Positions 26,850 through 39,676 of a DNA stretch of 64,000 nucleotides are shown here, one piece after another. The DNA lies in NCBI GenBank assembly GCA_050084985.1, contig JBITNC010000001.1, positions 211,854,001-211,918,000 on the forward strand. The letters run 5' to 3'. The position numbers and the translations under genes are program-made. Every line of letters starts with the position of its first letter. Within the stretch, counting starts at the first letter, position 1. The notes under the pieces were generated by a model. That model saw nothing but the letters and a program-made list of their open reading frames with translations. It was not told where the DNA came from and did no database searches. Source of the DNA: Nageia nagi (taxonomy: Eukaryota > Plantae > Pinophyta).

Positions 26850-29800
26850 AATCCCACCATGGCAAATAAAGAAGCAGAGGCACTAGTAGTAGAGAATTGT
26901 AAAAGCCATCAATAGAGGAACTATAAATAAAGGAAAAGGAAATGGAACCAAAAATAAAGCAACCACACCTAATAAATTAGTAGAGGATTCTATTTATGGA
27001 AAGCCCACTCGACTACCATTTCATGGAGATACTAGATGAGGTAAAGGGAATTGATGAATAAATGTCATACATCAATCCCGTGAAATTGGAGGACCCTAAG
27101 ATTTTGTAGGCATAACTAAATGTAGATAATCTAACACTAGAATATATAAAGGTGTTTGATATAGTAGGCTTGTTAAATCTACTAAATATATCTTATTTTT
27201 AATCCTATAGGAATGTGGTGAAGTTTATCTACAACTGCTACCAAAATAATATGCTATGGCTAGATAATTCATATGAAATTATAGAGGAAATGGTCAAATG
27301 AATTATTAGGCTAAAGAGAGAAGGAATCATCCATGACTATCTACAAGAAGGGCTCTAGTAAAAGCTGAAATAATGCAAAAGCCCATGGGTGTTAATACTA
27401 ATACAAAACTATGGAACTAAAATCACTCATTTTGAGCCATGTATAAGAAGCACCAATAGTAATTTCTTAGAGATTGTATTACAACAATAATGCCAATAGC
27501 ATTACCATAATTTAATCAATGATATCCTTTGAAATAATGCATCTTGTTCACCCTTGTTGATATCTTTTTGGAGTAGTTAAAGTAGAATGATCATTCGATC
27601 AAAATTATAATGAAAAAAATTGTAGTATTCAAGTATAAAACTTCATCCTTGCTACCATGTATTGTCTATAAAGATTACCCTTCAAGTAATTAAATTCAAA
27701 AGCTCAATAAAAAGGAAAATGAGGGGATCAAGTTATCAATATAATGGAATGAATCGAATTCTACAATGACATACATGACCAAGTAGTAAACTCCAACATA
27801 TGGGTCATGGAAGTGTGGAATATGATCCAAGGGCATATAAGGATACCTAGTTGGGCCATCATTAATTTAAGAATATTCTATAGTTTATTGTATCTAGTTG
27901 TGACTATCAATGACATACTATTGCAATGTAATAGGCCAAATTCATCACACTTGAAGGTTAAGTTTTCATATATGATCAACTATAGTACAAGCTAGGATAT
28001 CATTAAATTCCTTAAGAAGAGGAAGGTGGAGAAGGAGTTGGAATTGAATCAAAAAGCCAAGGAAAGAATGAGTTCTTCCAAAATCATCATTCTCAAAAAG
28101 TATGATAAAGAAAAAAGAATAGGATTTGGAAACTGAATCCATGGAGGATAAAATATTTTGACATTGAAAGAAAAGGAAATGTACTAATGAAGGGCCTAGA
28201 AATAGGGAAGCAACAAATGTAGTAAACCATATGGTAACACCTCCAAAAAGGGTTTTCAAGGAGGCCTCTAAAACTTGGGCATAAAACCACACCATCATCG
28301 AGGAGAGAGCATATGTTTCACTAAACATCTAACTAAGAGACTCAATAAACATAACACAAATAATACAAGTAAGCTTTGATTCCTCTATCTTAATTATTAT
28401 TCTAGTTTTTGCTTTTATTGTTGTTCCTATTTATGTTTCCACTATCCCATCTATTTCAATACTAATAACTATCACCACTTTCCATACATTATCTATACCA
28501 TAATAACATAACCTAATTGATGCCATTGTTATTATCACTAAACTGATGGAACAACCTACTAGTACCGAATAATCATTACCTCACCATTTCATTAGAATAA
28601 GAACAAGTAGCCATCTATAGATGAACTCATGCCTAGAGTCACATCACACAACAATTATCTAGTTCATAACACCAAACAACCTACTAGTCCTAGATACTCA
28701 CATTGCAAGAAATTGATAATACAATATGGCTAATACAAACCACTTCTTAGCCCTTGATCACTATTTGATTAACAAGGCTATGACTAGGAATATTGAGGTA
28801 TTCCATTGAGATTGATATTTTCAACACCAAGAGCTCACAAGGATGGTGCAATCAATTTTCATTTAACTCCAACAACATGCCCACTTCCCTTCCATTCTTT
28901 TGACTAATAAACTAAGAAACTAGAATAATTAGTCACTATCATTATCACTAAACTTACCTAGTACATCGATACCAATAAACTCACCACTATACTTGATACT
29001 TTCCTACCATTGATTTCCACCCAAATCATGCCATCAAGGAGCACTTGAAGTCCATCTTATGAGGTTAATTAGATTAGAAAATACTTCTAGGAGGACATGG
29101 TAAAAATAGTATACACCTACAAGATTGAGGTGTAACAATATAAGAAAGAGATCGATCAACTAAAGCAAGGACAACAACTTGGGATTACTATAGTAATTAT
29201 AGATCCACCTCAATAATATGGAGGAATTTAAAATGTAAAAGGATAAGGAACTTCACACTCTTCAATAATAATGGGCTAAGGATACTGAAGAGTTATGCAC
29301 TAAGAAAGAAATGATCAAGAAACTTATTTAAGCAAAAAGGTAGAATAAGATAGGGTTGAGTGATTGGAATAAATAGCTTCAAGAAGAAGTAGAATGACTC
29401 ACAAAAGAGTTGGAATAACTCCATACCATGAAGGATGAAATTGATCATCTTATAAAGGAGGTCAAAAAGATAGTGCTCACTCAAATGGATTTATAACAAC
29501 TCCACCAAATGAAAGAAAATGGGTTTGAACAACACAAGGAGGAATTGGTCAAACTTATTAAGGAGATAAAGGATGATATACAAAATTATAAGGTCATTTG
29601 TATGGATATATAGCATCTCATAGGTTAGCATAAATAGAATGATATATCAAATATCAATGCTTATGTGATCAAGTTCCTAATACATGCAAGACAAATTCAA
29701 TAGTATTTCCCAATTCAAGTTGACAAACTCTAAGAGCTAAATACAATCAATAATCAAGTGTTAGCCTTAGAAGAAAAGAAATAAGAGAGGGAAGCAATAG

Positions 29801-31200
29801 TTTAAAAAATAATCAAAGAGCTATAATAGATTAATAGTGTCCATATTGAATAGATAACTCAAGTGGAGTAGTTGATCACCAAGGAGCCAAGTGATGCCAC
29901 ATAAGCAATTCAAATTAAATTTTAGCTTGATGCTCTTTATTGATAATAGATCACAATGAAAAGGTATGGATTCTTCAAAGGGAATGATACTTAGCCTAAC
30001 CCAATTTTAGCCTAATAAAACCTCTACTTCTGGACCTCATTCCTACTCATTAACAACTTCAATAGCCCATTATCAACTCTTCTATTGATGATATTGTAGG
30101 AGATAATTCTATTGTGCCATGGTTAAGAATTATAATATAAATTTTTTGAAGGGAAGATAACACCATATAAAGTATAATTTATCTATTCATAAAGGATCTA
30201 CAAATGATTATAATATTTTGAAGTAATATAATGAAGGCCCCTCCCTCTTTTTGTGCAAAATTTATGATGATGGTGATAAAAATATAAAATAAAAAGCTGA
30301 GAAATAACTTAAAATGGTTGTTAAAACTAAGAATGTAATGAAAAATTAATAAATAAAATGAACAAAAATAAGGCACTTATAAAAAGGAATTAAAAATATG
30401 GAATAGAAGTGCTTTGTGACTTCCTTAGACAAAATTTTTGACTAACAAAGATGCCACTCTTAAAGAAAAATCAATTCAATGGAGTATCAATTTTATTACA
30501 AAGCCTATTATGTAGATCATATCCCCTTCAAATTGTTCCCATGTACCAAATTATACCTACATCAATTCCTATCAACAAATTACCATGTTAGGAGCCTAAT
30601 ACTAGAGACCACTTACTGACCCAAAGTAGATGGATGGATGATGAGAGTTGAAGGGGAAGACTTAAAAATAATCATAGATGCCTATTGAATATTTTTGAAG
30701 GATGAATGGGAATTCAATAAAATCTATTTTATTTTCTCATATTGGCCTTAAAAAATTTCCTAGGTATGGCTAAAATACACTACAAGAAGGCCTCTTCAAG
30801 ATCATGCCAAAGATTACTGCATCCAATGTTCTCTAATGAGCAAAGGAGTATTATGATGGATCATGGAAAGGTTACCACATTTGAAGGTAGTATTTGATTA
30901 CATTAAATAGTTTACATGACCTTACCACTAAGATACTAATAATTTGAAAGTTTTTCAATTTTGAAGGACCCAAATCCAATGACAGATTTAAAGCATCCAT
31001 TGAACAAAAAAATTTCCAAAAACTTCACTCAAATATTAAAGGTATAGAAGACACCACCAAAAAGAAAGATAGATCCTATTTGCACAATGGCCACTTTGAA
31101 CTTGCATAAAGTGTTACAACTTCCCATCAATATTTTAGTCACCATTATGATCAATATTTTTAATAAGAGAGATTCATATAAGAGGTAATACTTGATAATA
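26850..31200 (+). pseudogene. Extra 3' ORF remnants (PMD-like N-terminal domain, low-complexity linker, coiled coil, further coding-like block)
   Basis: A long frame broken mainly by deamination-type stops: 'VVKFIYNCYQNNMLWLDNSYEIIEEMVK*IIRLKREG' (~27215-27325). S/T/P-rich 28400-28900, E/K/Q-rich 29100-29900, and another coding-like block at 30400-31200. Confidence 0.55.
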
Positions 31201-31624
31201 ACTATTTTTGGAATAAGACTTTGAACTTCACTTAATGACCAAAGTGCTACAGTTCTTACCTAGTCCTACTCCTTGAATTATGTTGGATTGTGTTACCCAC
31301 TATTGCTTTTGACGTTATTTTAGGTCCATACCAATTAATTTTCTAATACAACCACATGAGATTGAGTGGATAAGTGATTTATTACTAGAGATAAAAATGG
31401 TATATGATTATAATAACTACTTTGTGCTAACCAGTGATTTGTTACCCATAAATACTAGGTAAAGATGAACTCATTGCAAAAGAAATATGAGTCTCATCAC
31501 AAGGATATGAATAAGAATTTAGGAGTAGCACCATAAATACTTCTTGCATCAAAGGTTTCTTATTGATGGCATAAGATGATAAAACTTGGCTCAAGGATGA
31601 GTCAGAGTATTAAGTTGGGGAGGA

Positions 31625-31977
31625 TGTTAGTAGGAGAGAATACAATAATATAAATTGACCAAATCTAATTAGTAGTTAGTGATTGAATAATATTTATTAG
31701 ATACATTATCTATTTTTTTTAGAAAGGACATAATTCCATGAACCACAGAATGGGATCGATAAGAGAAGAACCAAGGGTAGCGAGAGTGTGTGAGAGATGA
31801 GTGTGTAATAGTAATATCATTGTAACTAACTTATATTACTTTATATTAATAAAATAATTGACCCCCTATTTATTTTGACTAAATTACTTATCTTTGTTTT
31901 ATATACTTCCTTTCCATTTTACCCATTTATTCTTGGTTGTAGATAAAAATCCCATCAACCAATTTGATCGATCAATA
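31625..31977 (+). repeat. 3' LTR (353 bp) of the 22-kb element
   Basis: Preceded by a PPT (31611-31624) and followed by the TSD ATGAA. Confidence 0.95.
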
Positions 31978-32089
31978 ATGAACATTATATCCTTGTAAGT
32001 GGTATTCTAGGCTTTACATGTTATGACTTAGGAAAGGTTTTTGGATCCCATAAATTACAAATTTTTGGTGTGTTATGCTAGCCACAACA

Positions 32090-34042
32090 GGGACATATAA
32101 CATAATCAAGACCACAAGTTTCATGAAATGGATTAATATTTTTAAGAAATACCTTTACAATGAATTTTTCATCTAGGATTTATTCCATTGATATCCAAAT
32201 CTTCATATATATTTTCACAAAATTATCTAATATTTTGGATTTATCATGCTTAAAATATATTATATCTATCAAATCAAGAGGATTTTTAATATTACATCTA
32301 AAATGATTCTTAAACTTATCTTTCAACTATTAAAATGAGATAATTGAAATTGGTGCCAAGTTATGAAACCATTTTCTTACATCACCAATCAAATTCATAG
32401 GGAAGTATTTGGCCTTTAATTGATGATTAATTCTACATTTTAGCTCCATTATATGCTAAAATTACTAAATATTACTAACTATATCTCCTTCACCATTTAA
32501 TATTTTGAATTTAGGTTCCTTATCTATACTAATGAGAATAACATTTTTGATCTCCATGCTCAAAGGATTTACTTTATCTTTAGTGCTTACTATGCCCATC
32601 TTCAACTGAATCTAAACCAAATTTATCTTCATTTCCAACTACTTAAATTATTATGTTGTGGCATTCAAATGTGTAACCCCAACATTAGTGCTAGCATGAT
32701 ATTACCCTACTAATGTTGTCTTATCTATTATACTTGAAGAAATGAATATCAAATATCTCCAAAAACTTTAAGGTTTTTGGTTGATAAAATATTGACCCAA
32801 AAATATGCTAAGTTTGCAAACTATGACCTTCAAAAATTACCAAAATATCATAACCAAAAATCTCAAAAGAATACATGCAATAATTTGAATCTCACTTCTA
32901 AAATTTTTCTATCATGAATATCTAAACTTTAGAAAAACTCTTAGGGCACAAACAACCATAAAATGTTCAAAAATTAAGCTCAAAATCTAGCATTTTATGA
33001 AAAAATATCCATAAAAATTTCTTCAACTTAAAATCCCTTAATAATGCATGCAAATAAATTCAATATCATCTTCTAAAAATTTCTTATAATGAATATCTAG
33101 AGTTTGGGAAATGTTCTAGGGTATAAACATGCATAAAATTTTCAAAAGACCAAAAATGAAATTCTACAAAATAAAAACACCTTCAAATTTTGAACCATTT
33201 AAAAGTGATAAGGTTTTTATTAACTTTTTAGAAAATTAAGACAAATGAAAACCTAACAAAACCTAGGTCTTTCCAAGAAAAATTCCATAGAAAATATGAT
33301 GTCCTAAAAGTAAAAAAATCTAGTTTTTATTTATTTTTTAAATTAAAATTTGAAGTAGGTTGGAGAACAACTTTTCAACCCTAACTAAGAGATGGATAGG
33401 CTATAAAAAATGTGGGCATAAATATGTTGTATGTTTTTAGTGACCTCTAATATTACTTGGGATGATGAAGATTATATGCAGATAGGAACTTATTGAAGAA
33501 AATGATTTGATATATGAATCTCCACACCAAATGCATACTAAAACCTTAGCGTATATGCCTAAGAGAGCATAGAAATAGAGCCTTGAATAGTAGCATTGGT
33601 GCATGTGGAAATGTAGATGTTGAGTGTCTTAATAATATAGTTCATAACCAAGATACAATAGATAAAATAATATCAATAAATTGATCCAAATATATAATTG
33701 TAAAAGATAGAATAACATATATACTCAAGTGATAACAATATCCCAATTTCAATAGGCAGCATTGAGAAACACCTAAATGTAGGTACTAGTTATCAAGATA
33801 AAATCTTGATGCCTTTCCATGTAATCATACTCACCTTAAAATATGTAAGAGAATCTCTACATAGAAGCTAGCATCGATGTTGGGGTACCTTGTATAAATT
33901 ACACAAGAAGTGTTTCAAATGGTCTAACATAACATACATGATATAATATTATATTAATATACAAAATACTTAATGATATAAGATTAACATAATAAAATGC
34001 CTAAGTGGGACCACCTTAGGTGGACCAGATTAGGTGTCAACA
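32090..34042 (-). mobile_element. 5' part (LTR, PBS, leader, gag) of a minus-strand Tat/Ogre-type element
   Basis: LTR 34042-33425 (TGTTGACACCTAA...ACAACA), similar to the LTR at 54597. The PBS and leader match those at 35050-35125. gag 'NHFRCNIKNPLDLIDI...FIVKVFLKNINPF...GLDYV' is homologous to 35750-35960. Cut at ~32089 by another LTR-like end ('ccacaaca'). Confidence 0.8.
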
Positions 34043-34368
34043 AATTCATAAATTAGTTGAGGTATATGTTGATGATATTCTTGCTAAATCCATTAAAAAA
34101 GAGGATCATTTAGAATATTTAAGAGTTATCTTTGAAATAATGAGATCGTTTAACTTTAAGCTTAATCCTAAGAAGTATTTTTTAGGTATTAAGTGAAATA
34201 TTTTTTTGGATACATTATTTCTATAAGAGAAATAGAAATTGTCCCAAAGAATGTCATGATTGTTATGCACATTCCTCCTTCTAAAAATATTAAATAGCTT
34301 CAAAGTTTGCATGGAAAATTACAAGTAATCAAAATGTTTATAGCTTAGGTGGTATATATGATAGCTTT

Positions 34369-35049
34369 TGTTGAAACCTAAAAGTAGTACCCTTAACATG
34401 GTCCCACTTAGGTGCAACTTTACATATATATTTAATCTAATTAAATCACATTTCAATCATATTTTAACTTATTATCATATATTTTTTAGGTTTTGTTCTT
34501 ATTTTTATGTTAGGTACACTAAGACAACTTGTTTGATATAGATGTAAGTATCTCTAACCTAGGGAAATCATGTCAAAATTACATCTTGATAGTCAATACC
34601 CTACTTAGGTATTTCTAAATGCTACCTATTAATATTGGAATCTTGTTATCACTTGAGAAAATATTAGAATACCAATGCCCACATTGAAGTACACACCTGT
34701 GCTAATTTCTTTGAGCTTAGTGCCCATGCTAAGATTCTTTCTATAGTAAGCCATGGGGTTTGCACAACAAGGTGACCATTCTTTGATAAACCCATCCAAC
34801 ATATTTTCATCATTGACATAGGTAAGGACACATAGTTATTTATATTACACTTGATTTTATATCTTTAGTGCATGAATTTGTTTTACATCTTAACATTAAT
34901 GTAATTCATAATTATGTTATTTCACTATTATTTCCTATTATCCATTTATGTTTATTTGAGTAAATTAGCTTAGATAATGCATATTTAAATGTTTATATGT
35001 ATTTAATCCATTTAGACCAAAATTCTAAGTACCAAAATACATATCAATA
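34369..35049 (+). repeat. 5' LTR (681 bp)
   Basis: TGTTGA...TCAATA, colinear with 42683-43455 but lacking a ~90-bp block found at ~43012-43097. Confidence 0.92.
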
Positions 35050-38000
35050 TATTGGCATCTACCTTTTATAGAATTTTCTTTCTCTTAAATAAGGTTAGAA
35101 TAAAAAATGCTCTCAAACCTACCTATCTCTTTCCATAAAGAACCCTAGGGTTGTTGGTTGTATTTGATCAACAATTTTGTTAGTGTGATAGAAATGGAGA
35201 ACATAACTCCAAAATTCCTAACCAAATTAATGGTAATGTATGATTTTTAAGCTCTTATCATGAAATCATATATGCTTATAATTTAAATTAGAAATTAGGC
35301 CAGCACTAATACACAAATCAACATAGGTACTACCATCATTGCCAACACTAACAATATCACAAAACACTAGTAATAATACATCTAATTCATGTACCTTCAC
35401 AAATGAGGAATTAGAATAGCTTGAGTACTAGGTTGTAAAGCTTGGGAGAAACTTTGGAGTCATTTTTTATGAAATAGAGTATAAGGGTAACCTAATGAGA
35501 ATGGATATTCATAATACAATCCTTTTTGGTATAGATAAGTATACTAAATTCAAAAATTTCAATGATGAGATTGATCTTATTACATGTATTTTAGGCTTTA
35601 AATACATTATGAAACTTAAATTTAGATTTAATGATAATTTGAAAGCAAAATATTTCCCTATGAGTTTAACTGGTGAAGCTTGAAAGTGATTTCATATTCT
35701 AAAACCAAGTTTCATATCATCATATCAATAGTTGAAAAATTTGTTAGAGGTTCATTTTAGATGAAATGTGAAGAAGACAATTGATTTAATAGATTTGATC
35801 TATCTCAATCAAATAAAAATAGAATGGTTGGACAAGTTTGCTCTTAGATTTGTGAACCTTTAGAGGTCTAATGAACAAAAGGTGGAAGAATGCTTCATTA
35901 TAAAGTAATTCTTGATAATAGAATCCTATTCTTGGTGAAAAAGGACTTGAGCATGTTAATAGTTCATTTATGCATATGGTTCATTTACTTATCAAAAAAG
36001 AAGAATTCCTAGTAAGGTCTAATTTGTTCAGGTATATATCTTCTTCTTCCAACAAGGTTAATGGTAGAAAACCTTACAATAAAAAATATGATACTTCAAT
36101 CAATGCAATAGATTCAACCAATCAAGACAAATACAAAGAACTATACCCCTTATCGATAAACCCTACTAAAATTTTTGATTATTGTTTAAAAAAATGTCTA
36201 ATCAAAAGATGTACCTTCTATATCTTCTCTTAAGGAAAAGAAAAAGAAAATATAAATGCAAAAAGAATATTTTACAAAATTTAAAGAATACCAATGCTAA
36301 AATCAATTTACTTGAGTTACTTGAACTTCTAAGGAGCATAAAATGGCATTATTTGAACACCTTAGTGGCATTAATGTTGATACTAATATTTATATTAGCT
36401 CATTGGTAGGAATAATTGGTTATTTTAAGAATGTTATAATATTTACTAAAGATGAGATTCCTAATGATGATATCATTGATAAATGATTTGATAATCCACA
36501 TATGTATCCAGATATTAAGAAAGATGATCAAACATGCATTTGTATATGGTGGTATAGATTTGAATATTTGTTCTATTATTTTCCTTGAGATTTTTGGTAA
36601 CAATTTGATGCCTAAGTTTGTACAAAAGAAGCACAATTTCATAGGTTATGAAAGTTATAACAAAGCATGTTTTGATCATATCATGTTACCTATTTAGTTA
36701 GCTCCAAATATAGTGGAAGTTATGACATATATGCTAGACAAGAAGCTTCCCTTTGACTTTCTCTTTGGAAGATCATGGATACATACAATGAGGTGTGTAC
36801 TATCTTACATAAGTTGGAAACACCATAGTTTAATTTTAAGTAATGGAATAAAATCCAAATATGATTACACAATTTGGGAACACCATAGTTCCTTATAGAA
36901 ATATGAAAATCTATAAGGATAATAATGAGAAAGATGATAAAGAAGATAATAGTGACAACATGTAGTTGTAAAAGAAACATGTGTTGGCACATATGCTATT
37001 AGTTATAGGGTCATTGAAGATAACATCTAAAACCTTAATAGAATTCAAAAGTTAAAGGATGACTAGTGTTTACGCTAGATTTAGCACCAATACTCACCTT
37101 AGTGCCCATGCTCCTCTCACTACTATAAATACAGTTAGGATCAATCATAATTAGAAGAGGATGATATAAAGATGATATTATAATATAAACACCTCAAAAT
37201 TAGAGTCAAAATTAGATATAGATAGCATAAAGTTAGGAGCCTATGTTAAGATCAACAAAAATATAAGATAAATGGTATGTCATGCACCATTGATACCTTA
37301 ATACATAGAATTCAAAAAGTATAAGGGTAAAGGAATTGGAAAGGAAGAACAAGGAATTGGATATTTACATGTAAACATGTTTGAATAAAATGAAGGAAGG
37401 AATGACCTAGGATTCAAGAAAATTATTTAGAAAAAATTAATTTCCTACAATAGTGATAAAGAATCATAAATAAAATTAGACATCTAGTCAATCATTATGA
37501 TCAATCTAGAACTAGAAAAGAGGGATAAAACTCCTAATAAGGCCCACACCCATGCTAGCCTCAACTCCTATGCTATGAAAACAAATCACAATTCCTTTTA
37601 GCCCCTACTTGATAAGGTAGTTTCCAATACTATTGATGTACTTGAGACCAATGATACACTTCTACACATGCTAGGGGCATGAATAAAATTCAAACCATAT
37701 CATCCCAAGAGGCAAGATAAGGTCATCTATCATCCTTATTCTTACTTTGGAGAGGATATGGAGGACATAGCAAGTTCTTCCCTACTACACTATCCTACTT
37801 TCTCCTTTCATTTCATAGGAGTAGGCTAGATAGTTAGGGGTGTGTGTGTGTGTGACATTCTTTCTCTTATTCCATAATAGGATTAAGTGCATTGCTTAAC
37901 ATTTTTCAACTTGGTGATGAGATGCCATGGTTGAATAAAAATCCTATTGAGATCAACATTAGTACATAAGAAGTGCCATATATTTTTTATATTGGAACAA

Positions 38001-39573
38001 AAATCATTGGGAAAGAAAAGAAAGCATATTAATAGTTCTTAACATAATTCAAGGATATGTTTTCTTGGGAATATAGAGTTATGATAGGGTTAGAGCCATA
38101 CTTTGTGAATCATAATCTAATGGTACAAGAATATAACAAACTTATATGGTAGAAAATAATACCAATGCATCCCAAGCATTCACTATTAGTCAAGAAGAAA
38201 ATTGATAAGTATCATAAGGTAGGATTCATTAAACTTGTTGAATACTCATCTTGGTTGGCTAGTTTTGTTTTAGATTTGAATCCAAATAGAGAAATTAAAT
38301 ATTATACAAATTTTAGATATTTAAATAAATATTGTCCAAAGGATAATTTACCATTACCACAAATTGACACAATTATGGATTAAACAATAGGACATGAGAT
38401 ATTATCTTTTATGGATGATTTATTAGGTTACAATTAGATCGTAATTAATAAATAAAATCAACATAAGATAATATTAACCATACCTTGGGGAACATTTTGT
38501 TGGTTACCCATGCCATTTTACCTCAAAAAAGCAAGGACAACATTCCCAAGAGCTATGGTAACTATGTTTCATGATCTCATTCATAAATTAATTGAATTAT
38601 ATATTAATGATATTCTTGCTAAATCAAATAAGAGAGAAAATTATTTATATGACTTAAGAGTTATTTTTGAAAAAATGTGATAATTCAACTTGAAGATAAA
38701 TCCTAAGAAGTGTATTTTTAGGGTATCTAGTGGAAATTTGCTTGGTTGCATTGTATGTAGAAGAGGCATAGAGGTGAAACCCAAAAAGGTCAAGGACATA
38801 ATGGACATTCCTCCACCAAGGAATATAAAAAAACTTTGAAGCTACAAGGAAAGTTACAAGTAGTAAAAAGATTCATAGTTCAGTTTGGTAGATAAAACAA
38901 CTTCATTTTCTTACTTTCTTATAAAAGGAAATCAGTTCATATGGGCTAAGAAGTATTAAAAAGCATTTGAGAATATAAAAAGTGACTTGCATAACCCTCC
39001 AATTTTATATCCAATTGATCACACAAAACATATATATTTATATGTTTTAACTATAAATAATGTAATTGGGACAATCCTTGTGCATCTTGATAAAGAAAAT
39101 AGGGAGGGGGTTATGTATTATTTATGAAATACATTATAAAATGCAAAAATTAATTACACACCAATTGAGAAGTTGTGTTATGTAATAGTTTATATCACAT
39201 AGAAATTAAGGTACTACATGATTGCTAATACCACTTTCATTATAGCTCAAACTGATCCATTGAGGTACTTTTATCAAATCCATAGTTGTAAAGAAGACCA
39301 ACCAAGTGGATAATGGACCTACAAGAGTTTGATATTTCTATACATGCAAAAAAGTAGTCAAGGGATAGGTTATATATGCTATGCTTGCAACAACACCATG
39401 TGATGAAGATAGTAGTAGAAATGATCTTATGGCACTAATTGAACCATGTGAGGACAAAACATAGTCATTATTATTTGATGGCTCCAAATGTTTACAAGGG
39501 TTTGAGGTAGGGATTTTGCTAATATATCTTGAGGGTGGTATGATCCCTATGGCCTACAAATTAAATTTTGAAT

Positions 39574-39676
39574 GTACTAACAACATGGTTGAGTATGAAG
39601 CTTTAGTATTAGGATTAAAAGTGGTACTATCAACATGGTTGAGTATGAAGCTTTAGTATTAGGATTAAAAGTGGTA
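39574..39676 (+). repeat. 50-bp tandem duplication inside aRH
   Basis: 'gtacta(a/t)caacatggttgagtatgaagctttagtattaggattaaaagtg' twice, one mismatch, GTA microhomology; causes a frameshift. Confidence 0.97.

Larger units (their letters stand above)
9545..31977 (+). mobile_element. Full-length non-chromovirus Ty3/gypsy element (Athila-like protease, no aRH), ~13.5 kb of its own sequence plus two nested inserts
   Basis: LTR pair 9545-9883 and 31625-31977; perfect 5-bp TSD ATGAA (9540-9544, 31978-31982); PPT 'taagttggggagga' before the 3' LTR; gag, PR, RT, RH and INT in gypsy order. Confidence 0.95.

Noticed and set aside
27966-28328. 120-aa hydrophobic minus-strand ORF as an env or membrane protein
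   Set aside because: It is the antisense shadow of a K/E-rich plus-strand frame; F/L/S richness is expected from complementing purine-rich codons.
32830-33200. ~175-bp degenerate duplication as a centromeric-type satellite
   Set aside because: Only two diverged copies, inside a retroelement leader.
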